A stretch of DNA of 63,070 nt, filler included, from Octopus bimaculoides (taxonomy: Eukaryota), in the NCBI RefSeq assembly GCF_001194135.2. It is 5 parts of 4 records of this genome, joined end to end, with 100 filler letters (N's around TTAATTAATTAA, not from the genome) between each part and the next. Parts side by side here need not be neighbours in the genome. Positions count along the whole stretch, not along the records: positions 27,225 to 48,156 come from NC_068981.1; 4 more parts are not named here. One strand, 5' to 3'. Made by a program: the position numbers and the translations under genes. Below are positions 28,002 to 40,463 of this stretch, piece by piece; positions within the stretch are counted from its first letter, which is position 1, and each line of letters begins with the position of its first letter. The notes beneath the pieces were generated by a model that made no database searches, was not told the origin of the DNA, and worked only from the letters and a program-made list of their open reading frames with translations.

Positions 28002-28235
28002 GCGGCGAGCTGGCAGAAACGTTACCCCGCCGGGAGAAATGCTTAGCAGTATTTCGTCTGTTGTTACGTTCTGAGTTCAAATTCCGCCGAGGTCGACTTT
28101 GCCTTTCATCCTTTCGGGGTCGATAAATTAAGTAATAGTTACGCACTGGGGTCGATGTAATCGACTTAGTCCCTTTGTCTGTCTTTGTTTGTCACCTCTA
28201 TGTTTAGCCCCTTGTGGGCAATAAAGAAATAAGAA
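28002..28235 (+). mobile_element. tRNA-derived SINE family B, full-length
   Basis: gcggcgagctggcagaa (A-box region), ttctgagttcaaattcc (B box), body gtcgactttgcctttcatcc...gtcgat, and 3' end ttgtgggcaataaagaaata. Homologous copies at 30092, 35165, 40850 and 60810. Confidence 0.88.
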
Positions 28236-28865
28236 TGTTTGCGGTCTGTCTAAATGTTCGATGACTACCAAATTAGAGTATGTCCGATATGAATGACTAT
28301 CTATGCATGCCCATATGCAATAAAATGTACGTATGAAAACCATTGGGCGTCTAGCACTCTTAGAAGTGATATATTTCCCAGAAAAAATCCTCCCCTTTCT
28401 CGATTGTTAACGAACGAGTTACCTACCGACTTTTGTACTTATTTATTTGAGTTTTAACCTTATTTATGCTTGAATAAAGCTAAACTGATTAGTTGGGATG
28501 CAACTCCCAAGATCATTCATCACTATCAAATGAACAAACCCGATTGCAGTAAAAATGCATTTAGAGTTTATTTGTAGGCCTTCTGCTCTATTAAAGTCTG
28601 CATGACTAAGTTTAACATTCAATAGTTACACAGCTGACTCTGACTATGATATTGGTTGCAGTTACTCGTGCTACTGTAATACGTATTATTACCGATTAAC
28701 AATGTTGCACATTATTACTGATTAACAAAAGGTTTCTATGCAACACGCCAACAGCTTTCATTATAAGCAGTACCACTGGATTTTAATGTTCATATTCGTT
28801 TATTTCAGTCTCACTTTCTCATTCTTCCTCCTTTTCTTTTCTACACACATGAGTACACACTTGGC

Positions 28866-29102
28866 TGGCACTCCGTCGGTTACGACGACGAGGGTTCCAG
28901 TTGATCCGATCAACGGAACAGCCTGCTCGTGAAATTAACATGCAAGTGGCTGAGCACTCCACAGACACATGTACACTTAACGTAGTTCTCGGGGAGATTC
29001 AGCGTGACACACAGTGTGACAAGGCTGGCCCTTTGAATTAAAGGCACAACAGAAACAAAAAGTAAGAGTGAGAGAAAGTTGTGGTGGAAGAGTACAGCAG
29101 GG
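28866..29102 (-). mobile_element. SINE family C / LINE-tail-derived repeat, 3' part
   Basis: Reverse complement of the 3' half of the copy at 37900-38207 (...gaactacgttaag...ctggaaccctcgtcgtcgtaaccgacggagtgcca). Confidence 0.8.
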
Positions 29103-29103
29103 T

Positions 29104-30010
29104 TTAATGTAATATTTCTTTGATTACTACGGTCTTTGTGAAGACATTTGATTCCTCGAGTTTCCACAGATATTCTTAATCTTCAATTTGTAATTTCAAG
29201 TTAACTCGACATCTACTTAAATATAACCGGCCTTGACTGAACACTGGTTGCAACAGAAACAAACTGATTTTGTTAAAAGTTTACCCTTGTGATCTCATTA
29301 TTGCCACTGCAAATGTAGGAACAATTTGGAAATTGTCTCCTTTGCAGCAAGAATTGTAAAGTTGTGTTGTTGGGGGTAAAATCATTTCTTGGCATGTGCA
29401 CTGTATTCTTTTTACTCTTATTTCTGTGAGTAATACGTATATGAATATAAAGCCCATAAAGAGATAGAACGACCAGACAGATGCCATTAAAAGCCTAGTC
29501 CAAATCTCAAAAAAAAAAAATTCATTATTACGGACCCTTTCTTTAGTTTTTGTTTCAAAAAGAAGATATCTCCGATAAAGTCTATTGTTTCAAGAACTCA
29601 AAAGAGAAATTTATTGCTGATTCCTCCTTATCATCAATTTTATATGTTGCGACATCACCGAATATTGTCCAATTATTTCTTATTGAGCATTATTGCCCAT
29701 TTTGTTGTGGTGATTGTCTTTACTGAAGATTTACGAATTGTCTCTTCACAGATTCGTCTCTCGTCATATTTACTTACGCAACAATATCATAAGTAATTTA
29801 GATATTGCTTGCATCCATCATTGTATCCTTTTCTACGGTTCCATTGTCAATTTTAAGAAACCACATCGAGAGTTAATCTTAAACTTCTGTTCTTATGTCT
29901 CCAATGAGTTTTATTTCTTTTCGTGCATCTCAAAAATGGTGGCTGCTTTATGGAAGATTCGATGATAATAGCATTTGTATTGTTTGGAATCGCAGAACCT
30001 GTTTGATAGA
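29104..30010 (-). mobile_element. Helitron PIF1-like helicase C-terminal remnant (copy A, highly decayed)
   Basis: WFLKIDNG..., VHMPRNDFTPNNTTLQFLLQRRQFP(frameshift)..TFAVAIMRSQG*TFNKISLFLLQPVFSQGRLY.SR...FTKTVVIKEILH*, corresponding to the RRQFPV..FAMTINKSQGQ / PVFSHGQLYVALSR / TKNIVYKEIL motifs. Confidence 0.75.
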
Positions 30011-30091
30011 AGCCCTCTTGAAAGAACTTTGCTCACAAACAGTTTCTTCCTCATTATATCCTTTTGGATCATATTAAACATTCTGAGAAAA

Positions 30092-30202
30092 AAGGTGGCG
30101 AGTTACCAGAATCGTTAGCACATCGGACAAAATGTGTAGCAACATTTCTTCCGACTCCTTACTTTCTGAGTTGAAATACCGCCGAGATAGGCTCTGCTTT
30201 TC
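30092..30202 (+). mobile_element. SINE family B, 5' part
   Basis: aaggtggcgagttaccagaatcgttagca...ttctgagttgaaataccgccgag aligns to the copy at 28002. Confidence 0.7.
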
Positions 30203-30619
30203 GGCAGCCGCATTCAAAGTATTATTATATATATAATTTGCTCCTGTATGCGTGTATTTTTGTAAGAGAAAGATATGTAATAATTGAAGTAGAAAAAAAT
30301 AAAAATAAAAAAGATCGATTTCATACATGAACCTGTGTTTGTTTATCATATGACAATAATAAGTGAGTTGTATGTGTTATTTTATTTATCAATACAGTAA
30401 TGGCAATTATATAATATTGTTATAAGAGAAAAACATAACTGAAGTAGAAAAAAGATCAGATTCATGCATGATTTTCTGTTTGTTTATTGTATGATAATAA
30501 TAAGTGAGTTGTATGTGTTATTTTATTTATCAATACAGTAATGACAGTTATATAATACAGTTCATTTAAATAGATAATTTACTCATTCTTGAATGTAATG
30601 ATGGTAATGGCAAATTAAG

Positions 30620-31140
30620 TTATTGAAGTATTCATGTTGCATTAAGAGTGAATATTTCTTTATAAACAATGTCTTTTGTTTTATTTCGGAGTGCATAAGC
30701 AAAAAGATTTGCTTTTGCTCCCAAATAAAGTTGATCATGTGAAAAGCAGGGTGAGTAGGATAGGAAACTGTAACCGCTTAAATTGGAATGGAACATTAGA
30801 TGGTATGAAGACGGTCTCGCCTTTACCACGACCAGTGAGAATATTTGCCTTACTGTACTTCGTCATAAGTTTGTGCACAATTAATCTTGTACCATTGCAT
30901 AATTTTGGTTGAGACAAATTAGGCAATAGCATAATAGGAGACCCTTTTTGTCTGATGAAGACAATGAGGAGCTGTACCTGGTGGTTCTAGTGGGTTCAAA
31001 AATTCGATGGAGTAGTTAACAAGATCTTGATCATCAACAACCCTGTCTATTGAGTTATAAGTGAATACTTCTCTTGGAAGTTTATTCAATAGCATATTAT
31101 TAATGCTATGTACAGCAGACATTGAGAAGGCCACAGGTCA
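30620..31140 (-). mobile_element. Helitron PIF1-like helicase C-terminal remnant (copy B)
   Basis: INNMLLNKLPREVFTYNSIDRVVDDQDLVNYSIEFLNPLEPPG, NLSQPKLCNGTRLIV, GKGETVFIP, FQFKRLQFPI, CFSHDQLY, KTKDIVYKEIF. Confidence 0.9.
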
Positions 31141-31339
31141 AGTAGAAGACCCATTTGTCACAGTTTCTTTTGACATTTGAATAGGCCGTATGCCCAAGGA
31201 AAATTGAAAGATAGTTTCGAATTTGAACCAGGGTGAGACTACAACTACAGATTTAGATTTACTCCTCCTGTATGTGTGTATTATATGAGAAAAACGTGTA
31301 ACAATTGAAGTAGAAAAAAGATGGATTTCATACACAAAC

Positions 31340-31630
31340 TTCTGTTTGTTCTTCAAGTTGCAATCCAGCAACTTTTTGTGTTTGGCTGTGAGTTTTATTA
31401 ATGCTCATGGCAAAAGAAAATAGGATAGGAAATTGTAACGGCTTAAATTGGAATGGGACATTAGATGGTATAACTGGTATGCGAGGAACGAAGATGGTGT
31501 CACCTTTACCACAACTAGTGGGAATATTTGCCTTAATGCAGTTCAACATAGGTTTGTGCACAATTAGTGTTGTACCGTTGCATAACTTTTTGTTGAGATA
31601 AATTAGACAATAGCATAATAGCTTCCCCTG
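31340..31630 (-). mobile_element. Helitron PIF1-like helicase remnant (copy C)
   Basis: KLCNGTTLIVHK...GKGDTIFVPRIPVIPSNVPFQFKPLQFPILFSFAMSINKTHSQTQKVAGLQL. Confidence 0.9.
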
Positions 31631-31689
31631 AACCATTTAGTTTCATTTTGCTGGACAAACAAACGGACAGAATCTCTCTTTTGCCGCCG

Positions 31690-31959
31690 TCCGTGCAACA
31701 TCGATATTCCTCCCTGTGCCTGTGAAATCTTGTATCCCTGCTGTAAGGCTTTACTTCCACACACGCCAGCTTAATTTAATTCGTCCTTAGTCGAAAGACA
31801 CCTGTTGTTATGTCCTGTTATTTGTATTTGTGTAACGTTCTCCGTTTGTTTCCGTCCTTGTTTTTGTATACATTCGCTGCTTTCTTCCAAGGAATTTAAT
31901 GCTCTTAGCTAAGTTTTTCCTTGGGGCTGGCCAGATTGGAGCAATTTCGAGTATAACCA
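31690..31959 (-). mobile_element. Unclassified interspersed repeat (second copy at 59958-60236 in the opposite orientation)
   Basis: Clear reverse-complement similarity between the two loci (e.g. ggaagtaaagccttac.gcaggga, tctttcgactaaggacgaatt). Both copies run into an N gap at the same end. Confidence 0.8.
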
Positions 31960-33626
31960 NNNNNNNNNNNNNNNNNNNNNNNNNNNNNNNNNNNNNNNNN
32001 NNNNNNNNNNNNNNNNNNNNNNNNNNNNNNNNNNNNNNNNNNNNNNNNNNNNNNNNNNNNNNNNNNNNNNNNNNNNNNNNNNNNNNNNNNNNNNNNNNNN
32101 NNNNNNNNNNNNNNNNNNNNNNNNNNNNNNNNNNNNNNNNNNNNNNNNNNNNNNNNNNNNNNNNNNNNNNNNNNNNNNNNNNNNNNNNNNNNNNNNNNNN
32201 NNNNNNNNNNNNNNNNNNNNNNNNNNNNNNNNNNNNNNNNNNNNNNNNNNNNNNNNNNNNNNNNNNNNNNNNNNNNNNNNNNNNNNNNNNNNNNNNNNNN
32301 NNNNNNNNNNNNNNNNNNNNNNNNNNNNNNNNNNNNNNNNNNNNNNNNNNNNNNNNNNNNNNNNNNNNNNNNNNNNNNNNNNNNNNNNNNNNNNNNNNNN
32401 NNNNNNNNNNNTGTCTCTGTGTCTGTCTGTCTATATATTTATATATGATAAACGCATTTTAAAAATTCATTGTTGGAGTTGAAATAATTTGTACATCAGT
32501 GAGTAGAAACATGACCGTCTTAAATTCCATTTAGAAATTTTTAAAATAAATTGCAAAGAATCACACACAAATGTGGATGCCCGTATCTAACTAGGTTTAT
32601 TTCATTCATAGTTTAGCAAATTGTATTTCATTAGATTAGACAATTAAAATTTTTAAAAAATTGATTATCTCATCGTGAACAACACTTTCATTTTCAACAT
32701 ATACCATGTAACCAATAATAAGTTAGGAAACAATAGCCAGCCTGATTTACATTTTATACGATCTACCCATAAAATGCTATACAATTTAGATACTAAAATT
32801 CATATGATGTCCTTTTACGCCACATGGTCTAAAAATATATAACAATTTAGTCCGTAAATGAATCAGATTTTCACAGATCAATGTTCTGGAAACTTTAATT
32901 TTGCGGTTTATTATGATCTATGTTAAGTATGGACAACCTTTTTTGAGAAGTAGGCTGCATGAGACATGAATCATTATCAGACGGGCCACATACTGAAGAA
33001 ATTCATGGTAATTTTTCGTTAGGTGTACCATTCAGAAAGTCCGGCGGGCCACATTTTGCCCGTGGATGATCAATGCTATAGATGTTGTAGTGAAGAGTCA
33101 GTTGAGAAATTTTTTCAAATATTTTAATATCTCTTCAAGTTAGTATCACACACACACACAATTATATTGTATCAAGCATAACATTTTTTCTCGATGGGTG
33201 GCACAGGATTTATTAAATTACATGAAGCTATAACTTAGCAGCATTTAAATCGTGAACGAGTTATTATAGCCGTCTAAGAACACACACACACAAAATATTA
33301 TTAAACTAATTTTTCATTAATTACTTGAGGCGTCAGAATTTTCGTCGCACGGCTTTCATATGATCACTCATAAAGTTCTGGAATTGTGTTAGCGACAGGT
33401 CGCAGTAGTGCGACGAAAACTTAACAACTTTTTTTTTTTTTTGTAATTTTGAATGACCAAAATAGTTCTTCTCCAAAGTAACTGCTTCAGTTTCAATACA
33501 CAGTCTCAAATAAAGTCATTTGCCAGCAAGTACAGCTACGAAATGTTCAAGTGGAAATTTGCTATGATATAGAGAAACGACATATATCACATTTGAAATA
33601 AAGTTGAAACAGTTTTGTTTGCTTGT

Positions 33627-34226
33627 TGTTAGTGGTGCATTTATTTGGCGGGAAGGAAACTGTGTGGTCTGTTCTTGGAATCAATTAATTTAACAATCTG
33701 TCATCTACTCGAGTCAAGTTTTTCATTTTTATTTCTAATTTCTAGCGTATTTTGTTATTTCTACGTTTTCATCCCTCCGTTCAGCTTCCGCTCGCTATTC
33801 CTGGCGCTGTGTTGTGCTCGGGCATCGAGGCCTCAGGCACTTTCTCCCTCCATCCTATTAGAAACAATTATCACCACTCCTTTTTACTGTATTTCCAAGA
33901 TTATTCGACTGAATGACAAAGGTTCACTCATCAATACGTTAGAACAACCCGCCTTCAGACTTTTCTTGTTCCAGTTTCTATGCAAGTACAATGACTTCTA
34001 TGTCCTCTGAACTAGAAAGCTTTGTACTCTTCCCTCCGTCCTGGTTCACTCGATATGTGTATTTCTCTTGTCATCCTTACCCTGTACTAAACAATGTTCA
34101 GTCCTTCCTTTCGAAATACGTCTCACTCTACGGGTGCAGACTTGATTTTAATATAGGCGGGGGTCTTACTGACAGGTATTCCTGGCCTTATGGAGACGCA
34201 GCGGTCTTGAAAACCTTGCCGTAACA
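33627..34226 (-). mobile_element. Possible solo LTR
   Basis: A 600-bp GC-richer block with TGTTA...TAACA termini and TATA-like and AATAAA-like motifs on the minus strand. No target-site duplication found. Confidence 0.4.
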
Positions 34227-35164
34227 TATAAATCCATTATGTGAAATTTCTTTTCAAGGATTTCTATTTTGCATGAAATGGGAAGTTGTGAAGTTTTTAC
34301 TCTTCTCAGTTGGATTCACGATTTAACAAAAATGAAATTGCTTTAGCCACTATAGAAACTATAGCATAAACCCACTAGAACATAACGATGTGCGATTTGC
34401 TGAAGAGATGACGTCAAACAATTTGAAACTTGTAGAGGAAATATCATTTTGGACAGTTAAAAACTTCATTTGAAAGCTGTTATAATTTATGATAGATACG
34501 TGATAAAAATAAATTGCGATAGATTTAATGGATTATGCACTTCAAATATTATTGTGTAAAAATGAATTTATATACAATTTCTTCGCAAAACAATTGATAG
34601 CACAAACTTTATTTAATGAAAACTATTTTACGAAGGGCAGATAATAATAAAACATTTATAGAGTTATTTCCCTTGATACAGTAACTCGACCGATTGTCTT
34701 GTAAATATGTTGAATAACGTGTTTTATAAAATAAAATAACTTTAGCTTGTTTAACTTCAAGGGAAATGAAACCTGATGTGTCTTTCCTCCAAGGAAAGAA
34801 AAGAAAACACGGATTAAAAATACTTTTGTAGCAATTTTTTTTAAAGAATATATCCTAGAATGTTATTATTCTTTAGGCACAGATCAGTCCTGACAAAGCA
34901 GATGAATCTATAGTCAAAGATATTTCGGCTCCGACAACATCGTGACAACGTCTTTTTCCAAAGTTTCGCATACAAGAGTACATTATCTAAAGTATCTTTC
35001 TCTTTTAAGACAGCTGGATATGATTTGAATTCTCGGAAGTTGAGAGACTATGTAGAGTCTTCGTAAAGTTTTTCATTAAACAATCACGGATAACTTTTCA
35101 TTCAAGGTAGATAACTCTTCTTTATTTGGAAAATATTAAATTCTTCGTGGATTTAAGACACTTT

Positions 35165-35383
35165 AAGGCGGTGAGGTGGCAAAAAACACGTTAGCACGCC
35201 GGACGAAATGCTTAGTGGAATTTCGTCTGTCATTACGTTCTGAGTTCAAATTCCGCCGAGGTCGACTTTGCCTTTCATCTTTTAGGGGGTCGATAAATTA
35301 AGTACTAGTTGCGTACTGGAGTCAATTTAATCGACTGACCTACTCCTCCAAAATTTCAGGCCTTGTGCCTAGAGTAGAAAAGA
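35165..35383 (+). mobile_element. SINE family B
   Basis: aaggcggtgaggtggc...ttctgagttcaaattccgccgaggtcgactttgcctttcatc...ggccttgtgcctagagtagaaa. Confidence 0.88.
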
Positions 35384-36099
35384 TTTAAGACGATTTGTTT
35401 TGAGTTTATTGTTTAGCTCCGGATAAGTCCTGATCAGGCAAATCTATAACCGAAAGGCCATTCAATAGTGATCTATCTCTTCCTCAGACTTATTTACTGG
35501 GTTTCATATTTTTACTCATATTATCTCATCAATCCTTATTTATCGAATGGCTAAGTTCACCTAGAGGAACTGGATCAGAATAGAGGCCAAAAGAAAATAT
35601 TGTTCGACACACTGATTCATCTGCAACATCTTGCTGCGCGTGCATGTGTGTGTGTGTGTGCAGCTTATGCACAGTTTCCTCTCACTAAATTTTACACATA
35701 AAATACTGGTCATCTCGAAGGTTATGACAGGTGTTACACAATGGAATCATACGTTTGTGAAGCCAACTTCTTGAACACTACAGTTTGATCTCATACTTAA
35801 AATAGTGCAAGATAAAAAGAAAGAAAAAAGAAAAAGACAAATTCTTTAGTTAATTGAGATTATCTATGCTGAGCTCGCTCTGAAACCATGTGGTTTGGAG
35901 TGCCACTGTGCAGTACCTAGAGATAGTGTCTTCTATTATAGATCCGGGTCTTTCCATGCGTCGAATTCATTGGACAGTTGATAGCAGTGTATTTTATGAC
36001 AATAGCCTTATCTGCTGATTGCCTCTAAAATAATATCCGTTCAGATAAACTGGCGACAATAGTCCCAAAAACAGAAACCAAATGTCTATGAGGTCAAAA

Positions 36100-36456
36100 G
36101 ATTTCCACAACACAAACCACAATGTCTAATGCTACATTAAATAGCCGATTCACAGTTTATGCCAAGATGCATTTTCCAGTCACTATAGATTCATCTTATC
36201 CGCAAAACACTTCAGATTGATCTACTATTGGAACACCCTTCTCTTACATGAATTACGATTACAAGTAATCATATTTTCGATTAATGAAATGAAATTTGGT
36301 GATATGCTGTAAATAAATGTTAAAAATTATGTTATGCAATACTTGAATATCTTTTAACAACTTCTATTGTAAGGAAAATGGGCATTACAATACATACCAA
36401 TATGTGCCTTATGAATACATTTGAGCACCATACAGACCGGGCAGAAGGCCAGCTAG
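36100..36456 (+). mobile_element. Possible decayed Helitron 3' end (CTAG terminus followed by T)
   Basis: Faint HFPV...QTLQIDLLLEHP similarity to the helicase end, and a terminal ccgggcagaaggccag-CTAG|T at 36453-36457. Confidence 0.35.
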
Positions 36457-37399
36457 TAGTATATAAATTAAAAATGATTGGTACTAGTGTAGGATAATTG
36501 TTTTCATAGTGTCATAGTGTTGTTGTCTAACGTCAGGTCAGCCTCCATTGAATAGATCTATGATCAAAGATGTTCCAACCTTGAGCTTCCCATCTTTGTG
36601 TATGTATATCTGAGACTTTATTTTCCAATGTATTCTTCTTTATTTAACTTTGTTGGACCTGTAATTATGGGAAGTTTGTCTAGTTTTTATAGCAGGTTGT
36701 TCATCATCATAGAAGTTCGAGAATTCATTGGCTCGTAGCTTCACTAGCTCATGGATTCCTGTTGTTGCTCAGGCCCAGTTGAGTAAACTTATAATGACTG
36801 GTATTTCCACCTGTGACCACTCCATCTTTTAAGACATATTTATGACTACATTAGCTAAGGCAGTAGTTCTTGGCCATTTTTTGTCTTCGTGGTGCACAAG
36901 AGATAAACTGAAAAACATTTTGTTGTATCTCAAGTACAAAATGAAAATACTATTTATTGTTTACTTTCTTTTACTAATTCTATTTGTGTAGAAAAAAAAT
37001 CATGAATAACAGGTTATTCAAGACTCTCAAGTGTTAATTTAGATTTTCTATAGTCTTAATTTATATTCTTTGAAACCAGGGTGCACCTAGCTATGGCTTT
37101 CAAAGCACCATTCAAAACCCACTGATAAAACATATCGTTTCTTTATCTAAGCCAATAGGGCATAATTTGACTGAGATTTTACTGCCATTTAAAACCATAC
37201 AAAACAAATCGATTGACAGTGCAGAGGTTCTCTCGATAGTTTTGTATAATCAGCGTAGGTGTTATTTCTCCCGGCTCTACAAAATTTAACACGTGTTTAT
37301 AACCGAGATATTGATGATAGAAACTGGTAGCTTTGTCGAGTAAACATACATATCACTCACTTTATTATTATTCTATTTCTTGGGTGAACGACCGCTTAA

Positions 37400-37840
37400 T
37401 TGTTACTGTGTGTTTGTAGCCACCACAAGGTTCAGTCTTTGTTGTAGTGTGGTGGCTTATATGCATCAATGACTCAGAGCTATGCCAGAGGAGTGTTAGG
37501 TTCAGGTAGAACGTCCCATGCTTGACAGGTCAAAGGACATAGGCAAGATTAATATTGACTTCCAGTTCCCAGAGGTAAAAATGGGTTTACGTAGGGCCAA
37601 CATCTCTACCTAGAAAAGAGTTAAGTTACAGAAGCATCAAAATCAATAAGAGTAAGAAAAAGAAAGCCTTCTCTCAGGGAAACATGATGTGGTCCAGCAA
37701 AGTCCCAAAGGAAAATGTAAGGTCGAAAAAGAAGAGACCTCGGTTGGGAGAAGCAGAAAAGATAGCCCAGAGTCGAGAAGAGTGGAGAAAAGTTAACGAT
37801 GGCCTTTTGCTGCATCAAGAGAGAAAGGCTTACGATGAAG
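37400..37840 (+). mobile_element. Internally deleted RTE-like LINE remnant
   Basis: C-terminal-like peptide RPRLGEAEKIAQSREEWRKVNDGL, resembling the RTE ...AEK.AQDR..WR end, preceded by an RTE-like 5' UTR recognised from memory. Confidence 0.45.
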
Positions 37841-37899
37841 AAAACGAGTTCATAGTAACTAGTGAGTCAAATATTATTACTGCTGCATCATACTGTGAA

Positions 37900-38207
37900 G
37901 GCACATGGCTTAGTGGTTAGGGCATTCGGTTCACAATTGTAAGGTCCTGAGTTCAATTCCCGGCAACATATTGTGTCCCTGAACAAGACAATTTATTTCA
38001 CATTGCTCCAATACACTCAGCTGGCAAAAATGAGTAATACCTGTATTTCAAAGGGTCAGTCTTGTCACATTCTGTGTCATGCTGAATCTCCTTGAGAACT
38101 ACGTTAAGGGTACACGTGTTTGTGGAGTACTCAGTCACTTGCACGTTAAGGCTGTTCCATTGATCGGGTTAACTGGAACCCCTGTCGTCATAACCGATGG
38201 AGTGCCA
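37900..38207 (+). mobile_element. tRNA-derived SINE family C, full-length
   Basis: tRNA-like head ggcacatggcttagtggttag...gagttcaattcccggc, central tgtccctgaacaagaca.tttatttcacattgctcca.t.cactcagctg domain, and a tail shared with 28866-29102. Confidence 0.88.
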
Positions 38208-38492
38208 AGCAAGTGTATCATACTTATGTTGCTTATATTGATAAAAAAAAAAAAGGACCTATACTGATTACATGAGGCAAAAATTTTGTACTCAGTTGCA
38301 GTCAAATTTCTAACAGGAAATATATTGTCAACGACACCTCTCGTTCATCTGATGAACTGCTGTGTCGATCTTAGTGAGTCTTAAACGCAGAAGATGAGAG
38401 ATGCTTCAAAATATTTCATATTTCTTTTTTATAGGTCTACTTGTTTTGGAAGAAGAAGCTATGCTCATAACCTTTGAGGTGCTCTTACACCG

Positions 38493-39060
38493 TTAATGTT
38501 CATTTTGAATGGTTGCAAATTGACGAGTGTAAGAAAAACATGGACAGAGAAGGAATCCCAGAGGTTCAGGTTTTGTGAAGGTGGAACAAACAGGTAAAGG
38601 AGTTAATGTGGAGTCTGGGGAGAGGAGGATACAATATGGGGGCGAAAGGAGGAGAAATGACAGATTTAGGAGTGTATGGGTGGAAGTTGAACCAGCTTCG
38701 AGAAATAGGAGCCACAGTAGGAGATGTAGAACAGGTAGAGAGAGGGGGGCCAGGAGTGAGTGAGTGTGTGTATGTGTGTGAGAGAGTGTGAGTGTATATG
38801 TGTGAGAGAGAGATGATACAGTGCACATTTGGGCTAGACATACCGTATGGCCTTTTTGTTGGGATGTGGCCTAGATGTAGGAGTAACATTCCCACTGGGT
38901 TGTACTGAAGTATTTTCTGGCACTGAAGAGGAAGAACCGTTTTGTGATGTTGTCTTTGTTGTGTTGCGGATGAAAGTTCACCAGGAGAGATCCCCGTAAT
39001 GCTGAGACCTAGCATTTGTAGCTGCGGACTTGAGGATTCTAGTTATACATAACCCAGAGG
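38493..39060 (-). mobile_element. Decayed CR1/L2-group LINE fragment (endonuclease-RT linker)
   Basis: Weak motif similarity only (QHYGDLSW*TF resembling WHY..ADW; HIPTKRPYGMSSPNVHC; KT*TSGIP resembling K..GPDGIP). Raised GC content. Confidence 0.4.
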
Positions 39061-39811
39061 AGTATGGTCAATGTAACAATCCACCGTTTCTATCACTTAC
39101 AGCTCTTTTCCTCCATTGACTCAACAATGAGATATCTACTTTATGCTTGTATTCGGGGAGAAAACAATTAATAAATCTGCTATGGGTTCACAATCAAGAA
39201 TCTCAAACATGCGTTGCTTAAATCCACGAAAGCAACACTTGCGGAAATATCTTGATAGAAAGTTTTGAGTAAGATTGAAAATGACATCGATTTCAGACCT
39301 GAAAGAAACATTGACCGAAGAGTGAAAATCATGGACCGGTTTGTCATTGGGGATTTTTATCAAAGCCATGTTTAATCAAGGGAAAGACAGGATTTTAGTT
39401 AAAGAAGGGCCTTCAAAATACTGAATCAAACTTTCATTCACTTTCCTTTTTGATAATTTTTTCATGAAATAATTACAAGGGAAATTATTAAAGGACTGAA
39501 CCAGTGCGTGTGTTTATTACCGGCATAATGCCTCTCCCAAGGTTTAATTGTATTTCTTTCAACACACGTATCCACATCAAGAATCTTGCACACGAAATAC
39601 ACATAAGAAATTAAAGTTGCATTTTATTAAAGTTATTGCAGGCCACAGTATGTGGATATGTATGTATGTGTGTACAATTTAAAGATTTGGCTGATGCTTC
39701 TAGCAAGTCGAACGACCACTTTAAATAATTGTGTAAAATGTAAAGACAAGAAATAAACCATAGTAACTGGGTATAAAGTAGTTGAGTTAAAGAGGCCATG
39801 TATATTTGAGA

Positions 39812-39905
39812 AGAGACAATAAATTTGAGGAGAGACAATAAATTTGTGAAGAGAGACAATAAATTTGAGAAGTGAAGCAATAAATTTTAACAAGAGAGAA
39901 AGATA
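39812..39905. repeat. Degenerate tandem repeat of about 19-21 bp (gagacaataaatttgagaa)
   Basis: Three clear and two decayed units, read directly. Confidence 0.8.
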
Positions 39906-40120
39906 ATAAATAAGAGGCAAATGTATTAATACTCTTGTTAAGACTGAACTTAAGTGTTCCAGCCATGACAAGCCCATCTATTTTTTGTTAGACATAATGT
40001 ATCTAGGGTTATATTATTTAAATATGACCTCCCTTTCTTTAAAGATTGTAAAATGGGATTTGAGGGAGATTTAGCTGGTATTTCTAGCAGGATGATTTAT
40101 TGTATAAGCATTTCTTTGTT

Positions 40121-40463
40121 TATTCTTTTACTTGTTTCAATCATTTGATTGCGGTCATGCTGGAGCATAGCCTTCTAGGGTTTTAGTTGAACAAATCAAC
40201 CCTATTATTTCTGAAGCCTAGCACTTATTATATTGGTCTCTTTTGCCAAACCACTAAATTACGGAGACGTTAACACACCAGCACCAGTTTTGATGGGGGT
40301 GGGATACACACACACACACAGATATAAACATATACAGATATATACGACGGGCTTCTTTCAGTTTCTGTCAACCAAATCCATTCACAAAGCTTTGGTTAAT
40401 CCGAGGCTATAGCAGAAGACACTTGCCCATGGTGCCACGCAAACTTCTTACCACACAACCACT
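40121..40463 (-). mobile_element. SINE family A, near full-length, with internal CA tract
   Basis: Reverse complement of the family A head (aagtgtcttctgctatagcctcgg...tggatttggttgacagaaactgaaagaagcccgtcgt) and tail. Confidence 0.88.

Noticed and set aside
29281-29487. 68-aa ORF resembling a signal peptide + KR + Cys-rich secreted peptide
   Set aside because: Its C-terminal part and the neighbouring frame give RRQFP / FAVAIMRSQG / PVFSQGRLY, so it is a frameshifted Helitron helicase remnant.
33339-33419. 12-bp inverted repeat (ttttcgtcgcac ... gtgcgacgaaaa), and a 10-bp-arm hairpin at about 1046-1066
   Set aside because: Too short to separate from chance or small MITE debris without a genome-wide search.
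37900-37975. tRNA-like sequence (also at 28002, 35165 and 57330-57400)
   Set aside because: These are SINE heads continuing into SINE bodies, with no complete cloverleaf; not called as tRNA genes.
39101-39298. 198-nt minus-strand segment with a strong acceptor (tttctttcag) and donor (gtaagt)
   Set aside because: All three frames contain stops, so it cannot be supported as an internal coding exon.
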